From a virus: DNA of 60,645 nt. This document shows positions 25,551 through 33,596 of this stretch, in pieces. The position numbers and the translations under genes are program-made. The stretch is taken from positions 1 to 60,645 of the IMG/VR virus record IMGVR_UViG_3300028586_000004; one strand, 5' to 3'. Under the pieces are notes generated by a model, which saw only the letters and a program-made list of their open reading frames with translations, ran no database searches and was not told the origin of the DNA. How positions within the stretch are numbered: the first letter of the stretch is position 1; each line of letters opens with the position of its first letter.

Positions 25551-25574
25551 CGCACGACCGCACGACCGCACGAC
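25551..25574 (+). repeat. tandem repeat (CGCACGAC)x3
   Basis: Read directly. The same octamer recurs at 34181, 34191, 34249 and 46883. Confidence 0.85.
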
Positions 25575-25639
25575 CTGCATCACCTCCACTCACTCAGCAC
25601 GTCACCACCGCCGATGCGTCGGCAGATCGGATAGGCACC

Positions 25640-26452
25640 ATGACCACCACGGACACCACCACCACGACCGCGACGAAGTACGTCCCCACGGACAGCGACG
25701 GGACGGAGCTCACCGGCAGCACGGCGCGCAGCGTCACCGGCTACCTCGGCACGTACCGGGGGGACGCCCGGGCGTGCTTCGACCGGGCTCGCCTCGCCTT
25801 CGCCGCTGTCACCGCGGGGGAGGGGGAGCTGAGCCAGTCGGAGTACGCCGCGCTGGTGTCGTTCAACCGGGCTCGCATGGCGGATCCGACCGGCTCGCCG
25901 GAGTCGTGGTCGCTCGAGGCGACGAAGGGCACCGCACGGGTCACCGGAGGTTCTATCGGTCACTACGTGGCGGCGTGGCGCACGGTCATCGACGCGGGCA
26001 TCGTCCCGGCGGGCCAGCACGACGCGGTCGCGGCGGCGTACCGCCTCACCTCCAAGGGGGGCACGTCGGCGGCTCGCCAGCTGCTCACCGCTCACGCGGC
26101 GACGCTGCCGGTGGACGAGCGCGCGGCGTACTTCGCCGCGCAGGTGCCGGTGGTGCTGCGGGAGCTGCAGGGCAAGCGGGCGGACAAGCCCGCCACCGCG
26201 GACCCGCTCGCCACCACCGCGGCGGACCGCATCGACGGCGAGGTGGCGGAGGTCACCGCGGAGTCGTCGGAGCTGCTGACGCTCACCGACGTGGAGTCGT
26301 TCCTCGCCCGGGTCGTCGGTCAGCCGTGGCTCGACGCGGACGCGGCGGTGATTGTCGCGGGCCTCACGTCGGCCGCCTCGTCGGTCCGGCCGGTGGTGCC
26401 GGAGCTCACCGGCAAGCGGTCGCGCCAGTCCTCCACCGTGTCGGTCGCCTAG
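25640..26452 (+). CDS. hypothetical protein, first long rightward gene (270 aa)
   Basis: ORF track. The leader CAGATCGGA lies 8 nt before the ATG. Confidence 0.7.
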   Translation: MTTTDTTTTTATKYVPTDSDGTELTGSTARSVTGYLGTYRGDARACFDRARLAFAAVTAGEGELSQSEYAALVSFNRARMADPTGSPESWSLEATKGTARVTGGSIGHYVAAWRTVIDAGIVPAGQHDAVAAAYRLTSKGGTSAARQLLTAHAATLPVDERAAYFAAQVPVVLRELQGKRADKPATADPLATTAADRIDGEVAEVTAESSELLTLTDVESFLARVVGQPWLDADAAVIVAGLTSAASSVRPVVPELTGKRSRQSSTVSVA

Positions 26453-26462
26453 TCAGCTAGTC
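26447..26462. repeat. CTAG palindrome copy (GCCTAGTCAGCTAGTC)
   Basis: Contains the TAG stop 26450-26452. Confidence 0.75.
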
Positions 26463-26473
26463 GCACGGCACGA

Positions 26474-26506
26474 GCGTCCGGACCTCACCCGAAGGGGTCC
26501 GGGCGC
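26474..26506 (+). terminator. 11-bp-stem hairpin (one G-U) after palindrome
   Basis: GCGTCCGGACC-11 nt-GGTCCGGGCGC. Confidence 0.6.
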
Positions 26507-26612
26507 GCCATGCGGGTCACCAGTCAGGCAGGCACCCCCGCCCTTGCCTGGTGGCCTCCACGGCGCGCTACCGCACCGGTTCATCGCACGACCCCACCGA
26601 AGGAGCATCATC

Positions 26613-26741
26613 ATGCGCATCAACATCAGCACCGCCGCCGCGTTCGTCATCGCGTCGTCGCTCGTCGCCGCACCGCTCGCCATCGTCGCCAACGGCATCG
26701 CGGACGAGCTGCAGCCCCACGCGGTCGCCTCGTCCCGCTGA
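26613..26741 (+). CDS. small hydrophobic peptide (42 aa)
   Basis: RBS GAAGGAG before ATG 26613. Translation MRINISTAAAFVIASSLVAAPLAIV. Confidence 0.55.
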   Translation: MRINISTAAAFVIASSLVAAPLAIVANGIADELQPHAVASSR

Positions 26742-26750
26742 TCTGACGCC

Positions 26751-26948
26751 ATGCCGAAGTCACGCAAGCCGCGGCGGCCGCGCGCTCCTCACCGCGACCA
26801 CGTCCACGTGTGGGCCAAGCCCCACACCGGCACGTTGCGCTGCACCTCGTGCCCCGCGACGCACACCGTCACCGCCCGCAACCCCGTCCCGCACCACGGC
26901 TACCCGTTCCCCGTCACCGACGGAACGGTGTGGGTCACCCTCCGCTAG
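26751..26948 (+). CDS. small basic His/Cys-containing protein (65 aa)
   Basis: ORF track; very high third-position GC. Confidence 0.5.
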   Translation: MPKSRKPRRPRAPHRDHVHVWAKPHTGTLRCTSCPATHTVTARNPVPHHGYPFPVTDGTVWVTLR

Positions 26949-26986
26949 CCACCTCACCCGCATCACCGACAGACAGGACCCCGCAC

Positions 26987-27082
26987 ATGTTCTCCGACGA
27001 CTTCGACACGATGGAACTCGACGACCTCACCACCGTCACGCTGCAGCAGCAGTTGGCTGCGATCCTCGCCCCCATCTGGTGA
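26987..27082 (+). CDS. small acidic peptide (31 aa)
   Basis: ATG 26987, coupled to the next gene through GTGA. Confidence 0.35.
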   Translation: MFSDDFDTMELDDLTTVTLQQQLAAILAPIW

Positions 27083-27180
27083 GCGGCTGGCTCGAGCGTC
27101 ACCCGCTCATCCTCGGCGCCCTCATCGTGGCGCTCACGGCCGCGCTGTTCCTCCCCGGCCTCCTCTTCCCCACCCCGTAG
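27079..27180 (+). CDS. small transmembrane peptide (33 aa)
   Basis: GTG 27079 overlaps the upstream TGA. Translation HPLILGALIVALTAALFLPGLLF. Confidence 0.4.
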   Translation: MSGWLERHPLILGALIVALTAALFLPGLLFPTP

Positions 27181-27217
27181 CGGGTCACGCGGTCCGCTCA
27201 TCGCAGATCGGATCGTC

Positions 27218-27331
27218 ATGCTCGCCGCCCTCCGCACCATCGCCGTCGTGTGGCTGCTCGCCGCAGCCGCAGCCCTCGGCGCCGCGTTGACCGTGCTGCC
27301 GCACGTGCTCGTCGTCCTCCACCTCATCTGA
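27218..27331 (+). CDS. small transmembrane peptide (37 aa)
   Basis: The leader CAGATCGGA lies 5 nt before the ATG. The TGA stop abuts the palindrome. Confidence 0.5.
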   Translation: MLAALRTIAVVWLLAAAAALGAALTVLPHVLVVLHLI

Positions 27332-27345
27332 CTAGCCAGCTAGTC
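27330..27345. repeat. CTAG palindrome copy (GACTAGCCAGCTAGTC, 15/16)
   Basis: Overlaps the TGA stop at 27329-27331. Confidence 0.85.
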
Positions 27346-27372
27346 GCCGCACCTACCCAGATCGGACCAGCC

Positions 27373-27783
27373 ATGACCACCACCACCACCGCGCAAGCGG
27401 TCGTCGCCCAGATCCGCGCGTTGACCGCGACCGAACTCTCCCAGATGGGCGACTCCGCATGCGACAACGACGAGGCTGCCGAGCTGTATCTCCGCATCCG
27501 CGACGAGTACGCCGACGTCGTCGAGGAGCTCGGCGACAAGCCCAGCGATGACCGCATCGCGGAGATCGCTGACGCGTCACCGTCGATCTGGATCAGCACG
27601 AAGATGCTCGAGCTCATCGGCACACAGTGCTACCTCGACTCGCCCGACCTCGCCACGGGCAATGAGGACATCCTCACCCTCGCCGGATACGCCCTCTACG
27701 AGATGGCGCAGCTCGTGCTCTACAAGCTGACCGAGCTGCACGACGAGCTCGTCGCCGACGGCGAGACCCCCGACTTCGACTAG
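27373..27783 (+). CDS. hypothetical acidic protein (136 aa)
   Basis: Internal ATG 27373 of the tracked ORF. Leader CAGATCGGA. Starts MTTTTT. Confidence 0.65.
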   Translation: MTTTTTAQAVVAQIRALTATELSQMGDSACDNDEAAELYLRIRDEYADVVEELGDKPSDDRIAEIADASPSIWISTKMLELIGTQCYLDSPDLATGNEDILTLAGYALYEMAQLVLYKLTELHDELVADGETPDFD

Positions 27784-27793
27784 CCAGCTAGCC
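27778..27793. repeat. CTAG palindrome copy (GACTAGCCAGCTAGCC, 14/16)
   Basis: Contains the TAG stop 27781-27783. Confidence 0.8.
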
Positions 27794-27821
27794 GCCCACC
27801 TCACCACAGATCGGACGCACC

Positions 27822-28199
27822 ATGACCAACACGACACCCCCCAGCGGCGGCACTGCCGACGCGCTCACCGGATGGACGCGCCGGCCGCGCATCGCTACTG
27901 AGCAGGTCGCCCCTCGCCCCCTCGACCAGTACGCGGCCACCGACCCCGCTGTCAACGCGCTCGATGAGCTGCTCAACTTCTTCGGCTACTTCGCGCCGGG
28001 CCGGCCCGAGATCGAGAAGGCGACCGCCACCATCCGCGACGCACTGACCGACCGCATCAAGCTCGACGCGGCCGACGTCCGCGACATCGTGGATTGGTCT
28101 CAGCACGCGGACGCCGTGCTGGCTCTCAATGCAACGGAACGTGCGCTCATCGCCCGCCTCGTCGAGCATGGCGAGTCCACTTCGGAGGCCGGCCGATGA
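27822..28199 (+). CDS. hypothetical protein with duplicated LDELLxFFGYFAPG module (125 aa)
   Basis: ORF track. The segment 27942-28058 is repeated at 35194-35310. Confidence 0.7.
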   Translation: MTNTTPPSGGTADALTGWTRRPRIATEQVAPRPLDQYAATDPAVNALDELLNFFGYFAPGRPEIEKATATIRDALTDRIKLDAADVRDIVDWSQHADAVLALNATERALIARLVEHGESTSEAGR

Positions 28200-28399
28200 T
28201 GCGCCACACCCCCGCCGACGAGCACGTCATCGCCACCGCCCGCACTCGCCTCGAGTCCGGCAAGCCGGTCCGTCGGCAGCGGTTCACCGTTCGCGTCGTC
28301 GAGGACGACACCCACACCCGCGTCACCGTCGCGCTGTACGGGATCGCGTTCGTGTTCGCCGGGTTCGCCATCGTCGGCGCGCTCACCACCTTCCACTAA
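28196..28399 (+). CDS. small protein with C-terminal transmembrane helix (67 aa)
   Basis: ATG 28196 (ATGA overlap). Confidence 0.55.
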   Translation: MMRHTPADEHVIATARTRLESGKPVRRQRFTVRVVEDDTHTRVTVALYGIAFVFAGFAIVGALTTFH

Positions 28400-28411
28400 T
28401 CGGAGATCACC

Positions 28412-28678
28412 ATGCCCAAGCTCACCACCGCCACCGGCCACTCGGAGTTCCTCATCTACAACGAGGACGGCACCGTGTTGGACCACACCGCCTCGATCCG
28501 CGACCTCACCCTGGATGGGTTCACGTACCACGCCGGTGCGATCGTCGAGGTCGCCGGCATCATCACCCTCACCGCGGAATGGCGAATGTCGAACTACCCG
28601 CACGTCATCGCGACGGCTTCGGTCGTCGACGGCAAGCTCGTCGTCACCGTGCTCGACGCTGCGTTCCGCGACGAGTGA
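28412..28678 (+). CDS. hypothetical protein (88 aa)
   Basis: ORF track; RBS GGAGA. Confidence 0.65.
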   Translation: MPKLTTATGHSEFLIYNEDGTVLDHTASIRDLTLDGFTYHAGAIVEVAGIITLTAEWRMSNYPHVIATASVVDGKLVVTVLDAAFRDE

Positions 28679-28725
28679 ACGCGCGGCTGCACCACCTATC
28701 CCGCTTGTTGGCAGGATTGCCGACC

Positions 28726-28741
28726 GACTAGCTAGCTAGTC
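28726..28741. repeat. CTAG palindrome, perfect copy GACTAGCTAGCTAGTC
   Basis: Intergenic, 17 nt before ATG 28759. Confidence 0.95.
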
Positions 28742-28758
28742 ACCAGAAACGGAGCCTC

Positions 28759-29016
28759 ATGCACGACGGCAAGATCACGCCGGGCGATGTTGCATCGCTC
28801 ACCACCCATCCCGACGGGCAGGTTCGCCTGACCAACGGAATGTCAGCCACCAAGTTCCGCATCGTGCTCGTCGACGAGCACCAGGCGCGCCGCGTCTATG
28901 TCGACGTGACGAACGGCGAGGGTGGCACCCCGTACATCATCGTCCAGGGCGAGAATCGCTACCTGGATCCGCACATGCAGCACCGCCTGCTCACATTCCC
29001 CGAGAGGAATACCTAA
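28759..29016 (+). CDS. hypothetical protein (85 aa)
   Basis: ORF track; RBS ACGGAG. Confidence 0.65.
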   Translation: MHDGKITPGDVASLTTHPDGQVRLTNGMSATKFRIVLVDEHQARRVYVDVTNGEGGTPYIIVQGENRYLDPHMQHRLLTFPERNT

Positions 29017-29255
29017 TGGCCGAGAACCGCAAGCGGTACGCACAGCGCGTCACTGTCAAGATCGCCACCACCAACGCCGCGATGCTGTCGTACGGCGCCG
29101 TCGCCGACGCGCTCGTCGAGCTGGCGGGCAAGCTCCGCCGCGACCCGGACGACAGGCCCGAGCAGGGCGACGTCTTCTACATCCAGGACGAGAACGGCAA
29201 CACGGTGGGCAAGCTCACCGCGACCGACCAGCGTCTCACCCTCAGCAGCTTCTGA
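29016..29255 (+). CDS. hypothetical protein (79 aa)
   Basis: ORF track; TAATG coupling. Confidence 0.65.
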   Translation: MAENRKRYAQRVTVKIATTNAAMLSYGAVADALVELAGKLRRDPDDRPEQGDVFYIQDENGNTVGKLTATDQRLTLSSF

Positions 29256-29271
29256 CCAGGAGGTCATCACC

Positions 29272-29712
29272 ATGGACACCAGCACCCCCGCCTACGCCGT
29301 CGAGCGATACCAGCTCATGTCCCAGGCCGACGACGCCGCGCACATCATCGCCAACCAGCTCGGCGACGGATCACAGATGGACGACGGCAGTCCCGAGCTC
29401 GCGTACTTCACGCTGCTCGCCCTGCTCGATCTCGTCCCGAAGCTCACCATGCCGGCGCTCACCGTCTCCTCCGACGACGACCCCGACGACGACCCCGTCA
29501 CCGTGCTGGTGTGCCCGCACTGCGGCATCCGCACCCGAGAGATCACCGCCGTCGACGGCAGCATTCGTCACACCAGCAGCGCAGAGATGGACGGTGACAA
29601 CCTCACCGTCACCTTCGACTATGGACGCAGCGAGGACTACGACGGTGTCGTGTACGCCTGCCTCAACTGCGAGCGTCCCGTCTCCCTGCCCGAGGGCTGG
29701 GCCGAGGTGTGA
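29272..29712 (+). CDS. zinc-ribbon protein (146 aa)
   Basis: CPHC ... CLNC cysteine pairs; RBS AGGAGG. Confidence 0.65.
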   Translation: MDTSTPAYAVERYQLMSQADDAAHIIANQLGDGSQMDDGSPELAYFTLLALLDLVPKLTMPALTVSSDDDPDDDPVTVLVCPHCGIRTREITAVDGSIRHTSSAEMDGDNLTVTFDYGRSEDYDGVVYACLNCERPVSLPEGWAEV

Positions 29713-29921
29713 TCGGCGGCGCGATCGTCACGCTCTGCGTCGTGGTCGCCGCCGCGCTCATCACCACGGGTGTCGGCCTCGTCATCCGCTTCTGGCGGGC
29801 CTATGGCGACGTCGACATCCCCACCGGAACTGTCCTCCTGCTGCTGTACGGCGGCATCACCATCTACCTGCTCTCGTCGGCGCCCCTCACGGTCGCCGGC
29901 ATCATCATCTTCACCCACTGA
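29709..29921 (+). CDS. membrane protein, two transmembrane helices (70 aa)
   Basis: ORF track; GTGA overlap. Confidence 0.6.
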   Translation: MIGGAIVTLCVVVAAALITTGVGLVIRFWRAYGDVDIPTGTVLLLLYGGITIYLLSSAPLTVAGIIIFTH

Positions 29922-29937
29922 TCGAAGGACACGCATC

Positions 29938-30186
29938 ATGCCCATGCTCAGGAACATCAAGGTCACCACCACCGTCACCATCCACGTCGAGATCGACGGC
30001 GAGAGCTCGCGGTTCGCCTCGGCCATGCCGATCGACACCACCGTCAGCCGCACCACCATTCGTCAGATGAGCGGCATCGTCGCCGACGCTCCGCCCTTCG
30101 TCGAGGACGTGAGCGAAGCGACGCGCGAGGCCACCATCGATCAGGTCCACCGGGCGTACGATCACCAGGTCCAGGCGAACGTCTGA
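29938..30186 (+). CDS. hypothetical protein (82 aa)
   Basis: Internal ATG 29938 with RBS GAAGGA. Confidence 0.6.
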   Translation: MPMLRNIKVTTTVTIHVEIDGESSRFASAMPIDTTVSRTTIRQMSGIVADAPPFVEDVSEATREATIDQVHRAYDHQVQANV

Positions 30187-30536
30187 TGGCGAAGATCAGC
30201 ACGCGGAACATCACCGCGCAGAACGTTGCGGACATTCTCGACACCGCCGGGTACGGCATCGGCGACTTCGCTCGTGAGGCGAAGGTGCACAGCGATCTGT
30301 CGTACACCTTCATCGAGAAGTCCGAGGCGAGCGGTGAGCCGGACAAGGCGCACACCATCACCGCAGCGCAGGTCCGGCAGGCCGTGGTCGACCGCGCCAG
30401 CCAGGGGGACCACCACCTGCGCGAGGCGTTCGTCGACTGGGACCGCGAGAATGGCATCGACACCGGCGAGATCGACAGCGTCGGCGCGAGCGTCATCGTG
30501 CAGCTCGCCGCCTTCGGAGACGTGGTGTACGGATGA
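30186..30536 (+). CDS. hypothetical protein (116 aa)
   Basis: ORF track; TGATG coupling. Confidence 0.65.
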   Translation: MAKISTRNITAQNVADILDTAGYGIGDFAREAKVHSDLSYTFIEKSEASGEPDKAHTITAAQVRQAVVDRASQGDHHLREAFVDWDRENGIDTGEIDSVGASVIVQLAAFGDVVYG

Positions 30537-30778
30537 CCGCCTGCTACGTGGACGAGGACGTCGAGATCGACGTCGCCACCGAAGACGACGACGCGCCATG
30601 GGTCACCGTCTACCTCAACTCCGAAGAGACGACCGGCGACGTGAGCCTCCTGCTCGGCGCGGCCGAGGCGCGCATGCGTGGCGTCGAGCTGATCGTCGCG
30701 GCCGACCGCGCCGAGCAGCGCATCATCCAACTCGAGACCGAGAAGCTGCGCGCTGCCCGCGCTGCCGATCATCCGTGA
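30533..30778 (+). CDS. hypothetical acidic protein (81 aa)
   Basis: ORF track; ATGA overlap. Confidence 0.6.
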   Translation: MTACYVDEDVEIDVATEDDDAPWVTVYLNSEETTGDVSLLLGAAEARMRGVELIVAADRAEQRIIQLETEKLRAARAADHP

Positions 30779-30792
30779 CTAGCCAGCTAGTT
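30777..30792. repeat. CTAG palindrome copy (GACTAGCCAGCTAGTT, 14/16)
   Basis: Overlaps the TGA stop 30776-30778. Confidence 0.8.
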
Positions 30793-30801
30793 GCTCACAC
30801 C

Positions 30802-30825
30802 GGGGCCCGGCACTTGCCGGGCCCC
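30802..30825 (+). terminator. 9-bp-stem GC hairpin after palindrome
   Basis: GGGGCCCGG-cacttg-CCGGGCCCC. Confidence 0.65.
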
Positions 30826-30852
30826 TCGCATACCCACCCCGAAGGATCCGCC

Positions 30853-31107
30853 ATGAGCATGCCCCGCATCGACCGCATCGCCCCCAACTTCACCCGCGTC
30901 ATCGTCGGCGAGGTCACCGTCTGGTTCAGCTACGAGACGCCCGTCGCCTACCAGGACAGCGCCGACCTGCCCCGCGTCGTCGACAACGACTGGTCGACGA
31001 CGACCGGCAAGCACCTCAACCAGATCGACGGCGGCACCGACCAGGCCAAGCTGCACCGCGTCGTCCCCGCCGCGTTCGAGCGCGAGCTGTCGGAGCGTCT
31101 CTCGTGA
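30853..31107 (+). CDS. hypothetical protein (84 aa)
   Basis: ATG 30853 with RBS GAAGGA. Motif WFSYETPVA..DWSTTTGKH. Confidence 0.65.
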   Translation: MSMPRIDRIAPNFTRVIVGEVTVWFSYETPVAYQDSADLPRVVDNDWSTTTGKHLNQIDGGTDQAKLHRVVPAAFERELSERLS

Positions 31108-31415
31108 GTCGGCCGCGCAGCATCGACGTCACCACGTACGCCGACGGCTCCGGCCTCTGGCACGCCGACGTGCTCGCCACACCTGAGCGCATCGCCCAGC
31201 TCGACAAGATGTACACGCCCCGCGGCGTCACCACGCAGCTCGACCTCTGGGCCTGGAAGACCGCCCGTCGCCGCATCGAGATCGAACTGCGCCAGCGGGC
31301 AGCCACCCCCTCCGACCCCTTCCCCAAGGTGCGATTCAAGCTGGAGCACACCGGCACCGAGCACCGCGACGCTGACCCCGAGGGCAGCCTGCGCCTCATG
31401 TTCAAGGAGGTGTGA
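31104..31415 (+). CDS. hypothetical protein (103 aa)
   Basis: ORF track; GTGA overlap. Confidence 0.6.
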   Translation: MSRPRSIDVTTYADGSGLWHADVLATPERIAQLDKMYTPRGVTTQLDLWAWKTARRRIEIELRQRAATPSDPFPKVRFKLEHTGTEHRDADPEGSLRLMFKEV

Positions 31416-31419
31416 TGCG

Positions 31420-31435
31420 GGGTAGAGTGCTACCC
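31420..31435 (+). promoter_or_regulatory. inverted repeat GGGTAG-agtg-CTACCC containing -10-like TAGAGT
   Basis: Read directly, just after the stop at 31415. A weak -35, TTCAAG, lies 16 nt upstream. Confidence 0.4.
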
Positions 31436-31463
31436 TGTACCACACCCCGACCGAAGGGACACC

Positions 31464-31610
31464 ATGACCGACGAGATGCCCGGCGCGCTCGGCGACGACG
31501 ACCGCTACGACGACAGCCTCGAGCCCGTCGAGCACGTCGGCAGCTACTCGCTCGAGCACAACCACTGGTACTGCGACACCTGCGGCTCGCCCTACTGCAG
31601 GCTGCAATGA
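31464..31610 (+). CDS. small acidic Cys-containing protein (48 aa)
   Basis: Below the track cutoff. RBS GAAGGGA, high third-position GC, C-terminus WYCDTCGSPYC. Confidence 0.5.
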   Translation: MTDEMPGALGDDDRYDDSLEPVEHVGSYSLEHNHWYCDTCGSPYCRLQ

Positions 31611-31641
31611 CCCACCTCACCACCTACCCGAAGGACTGACC

Positions 31642-31941
31642 ATGACCGTCACCACCAACTCCCGCATCGCGCCCGAGATCCAGGGCCACCTCGACCCGAG
31701 CAAGTTCCCGGACGCAGGCCCCGACCGCTTCTTCATCGTGAAGCACCGCCCTCACCGCAAGGAGCCGATCGTCATCGAGCTCCGCGAGAGCCTCACCGCC
31801 GGCCGCCGCGTCGTCGGCATGTCCACGCTGCTCGGCTTCGAGTACACGCACGCCGACCCCGACACCATCTACGAGGTGGCAGCCGTGGTCGAGGCGCGCA
31901 TCGGCAAGGTGGACCAGGTCGTCGGGGTCTACGGCCGATGA
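31642..31941 (+). CDS. hypothetical protein (99 aa)
   Basis: ORF track. The leader CACCTACCCGAAGG precedes the ATG. Confidence 0.65.
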   Translation: MTVTTNSRIAPEIQGHLDPSKFPDAGPDRFFIVKHRPHRKEPIVIELRESLTAGRRVVGMSTLLGFEYTHADPDTIYEVAAVVEARIGKVDQVVGVYGR

Positions 31942-32060
31942 CCCCCGACGAGGAGAAGCTCGCCCACATCGCGAACCTCGTGAAGGACTGGAACCCGTAC
32001 ACGCCACGGGTGAAGACGCGCGCCATCATGGAAGAGCTCGTCGAGCTGTTCTACGACTGA
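31938..32060 (+). CDS. small protein (40 aa)
   Basis: Below the track cutoff. ATGA overlap upstream and TGATG downstream; high third-position GC. Confidence 0.5.
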   Translation: MTPDEEKLAHIANLVKDWNPYTPRVKTRAIMEELVELFYD

Positions 32061-32317
32061 TGGCCGCGGCGATCCCGTGGAAGCGGATCATACGCGAGCG
32101 CCGCGCGCACCCCGGGCGACAGAAGCTCTACTTCCGCGACAGCCCGCTCTCCATCCACACCACCATCAACAGCCAAGGCGTGCCCGCCCTCCTCACCGAG
32201 GGCGGGCGCCTGGTAGCCACCACCGAGAACCTGTACTACCCGCCCGACAAGCCGCCCCGCTGCGACATCTGGGTACGATGGGACCCAGACCCTACCCCGC
32301 CCGAAGGAGCCCCATGA
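32060..32317 (+). CDS. hypothetical protein (85 aa)
   Basis: ORF track. Confidence 0.5.
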   Translation: MAAAIPWKRIIRERRAHPGRQKLYFRDSPLSIHTTINSQGVPALLTEGGRLVATTENLYYPPDKPPRCDIWVRWDPDPTPPEGAP

Positions 32318-32589
32318 CCGCACGCAGCATGAACATCACGCCCGAGCTGCGGGCCGAACTCACCGAGCGCGCGACGAAGAATGGCACCACGTTCCCGGTC
32401 GAGCTGCGCGACACCATCCGCCGCTACGCGTTCGGGAGGACGACGCCGGCCGCGCCGCGCGGGAAGCCGACGAAGGTGAACATCGCCGTCGAAGACCACG
32501 TGTGGCAGAAGGCGCTCGACCGGGCCGCCGCCGAAGGCACGAAGCTCAGCACCGCCATCAACGCGACCGCGAGGAAGTCCAAGCCATGA
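32314..32589 (+). CDS. tandem ribbon-helix-helix DNA-binding protein (91 aa)
   Basis: ATG 32314 with RBS GAAGGAG. Two strand-helix units: MNITPELRAELTERATKNG and VNIAVEDHVWQKALDRAAAEG. Confidence 0.5.
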   Translation: MTARSMNITPELRAELTERATKNGTTFPVELRDTIRRYAFGRTTPAAPRGKPTKVNIAVEDHVWQKALDRAAAEGTKLSTAINATARKSKP

Positions 32590-33545
32590 CCCAGCACCCC
32601 GTCCGCATCGCCTGGTTGACGAAGTCGATCGGCACCTTCCGCTCGTGGCGCAAGAACAACGCGTTCGGCCACAAGGGCTTCGACTACTACGTCCCGCGCG
32701 GCACGCCGGTCTTCTCGCCCGGCGACGGCGTCGTTGCTGGCATCGGGTCCAACATGGACCGGGACATCGGCTTCGGCCACAATGTGACCATCACCCTCGA
32801 CAACGGGTGGACCGCGCTCAGCGCCCACATGGACCGTGCGCCGCTCGTCAAGAAGGGCCAGCGCGTCAACGCCGGCACTCAGCTCGGCGTCGCCGGAGAC
32901 ACGGGCAACGCCTGGGCCGTCGGCGTGCACGTGCACCACCAGCTCTGGATCTCGAAGTCGCTCGTCAACGAGAACCTCCGCGACCCGCTCAAGTACCACG
33001 CCAACCTCATCCCCGCAGGACTCGACCAGATCGGAATCGACAACACCATGGACCTCTCGAAGCAGAACCTCATCGACATCTTGGGCGCCGCCGTCGACGT
33101 CCCCGGCCACGGCTTCCGCAGCATCGGCGACGGGATCAAGGCGACGTACTTCTACGGCGACTACCTCGCGAAGGCGATCGAGGACCTGCCGAACCGGATC
33201 CTCGCCGCCGGCATCCCCCACCCCATCGCGAAGAACGCGGACGGCACGCCGCTCATGGTGAGCCTCGGCGCCGTCCTGGAGTCCGAGCCGCTCGAGCACC
33301 ACAACACGCGCGTGTTCATGCAGGACGCCCTGCTCAAGCTGCAGACCGGCGAGCTCACGGCCGAGGTTCTGGCCGAGGCGCTCGACAAGCTGGGCCTGGA
33401 CAAGGAGGAGTTCGCGCGCGCCGCGGCGGACGAGTTCGACCGGCGCGAGCGTGAGGCACTGCTGGCGCGGGAGAACGAGCACCCCGCGCAGCGCGCCATC
33501 ACGTCCGCGCCGGGCTCGGACGAGACGCTGCCGCCCACCGCCTGA
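32586..33545 (+). CDS. M23 (LytM-type) peptidase, endolysin candidate (319 aa)
   Basis: HKGFDY (HxxxD motif), GDTGNAWAVGVHVHHQLW (HxH motif). ATGA overlap at the start. Confidence 0.7.
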   Translation: MTQHPVRIAWLTKSIGTFRSWRKNNAFGHKGFDYYVPRGTPVFSPGDGVVAGIGSNMDRDIGFGHNVTITLDNGWTALSAHMDRAPLVKKGQRVNAGTQLGVAGDTGNAWAVGVHVHHQLWISKSLVNENLRDPLKYHANLIPAGLDQIGIDNTMDLSKQNLIDILGAAVDVPGHGFRSIGDGIKATYFYGDYLAKAIEDLPNRILAAGIPHPIAKNADGTPLMVSLGAVLESEPLEHHNTRVFMQDALLKLQTGELTAEVLAEALDKLGLDKEEFARAAADEFDRREREALLARENEHPAQRAITSAPGSDETLPPTA

Positions 33546-33559
33546 CTAGCTAGCTAGTC
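33544..33559. repeat. CTAG palindrome, perfect copy
   Basis: Overlaps the TGA stop 33543-33545. Confidence 0.95.
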
Positions 33560-33563
33560 GCCT

Positions 33564-33593
33564 GACGCCCTCCGCTTTCGAGTGGGGGGCGTC
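33564..33593 (+). terminator. 7-bp-stem hairpin after palindrome
   Basis: GACGCCC-16 nt-GGGCGTC. Confidence 0.4.
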
Positions 33594-33596
33594 GTG

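Noticed and set aside
25551-25574. Tandem (CGCACGAC)x3 as a possible CRISPR or mini-array.
   Set aside because: The units are only 8 bp with no spacers. It is a simple tandem repeat, and no CRISPR-like repeat-spacer structure exists in the window.
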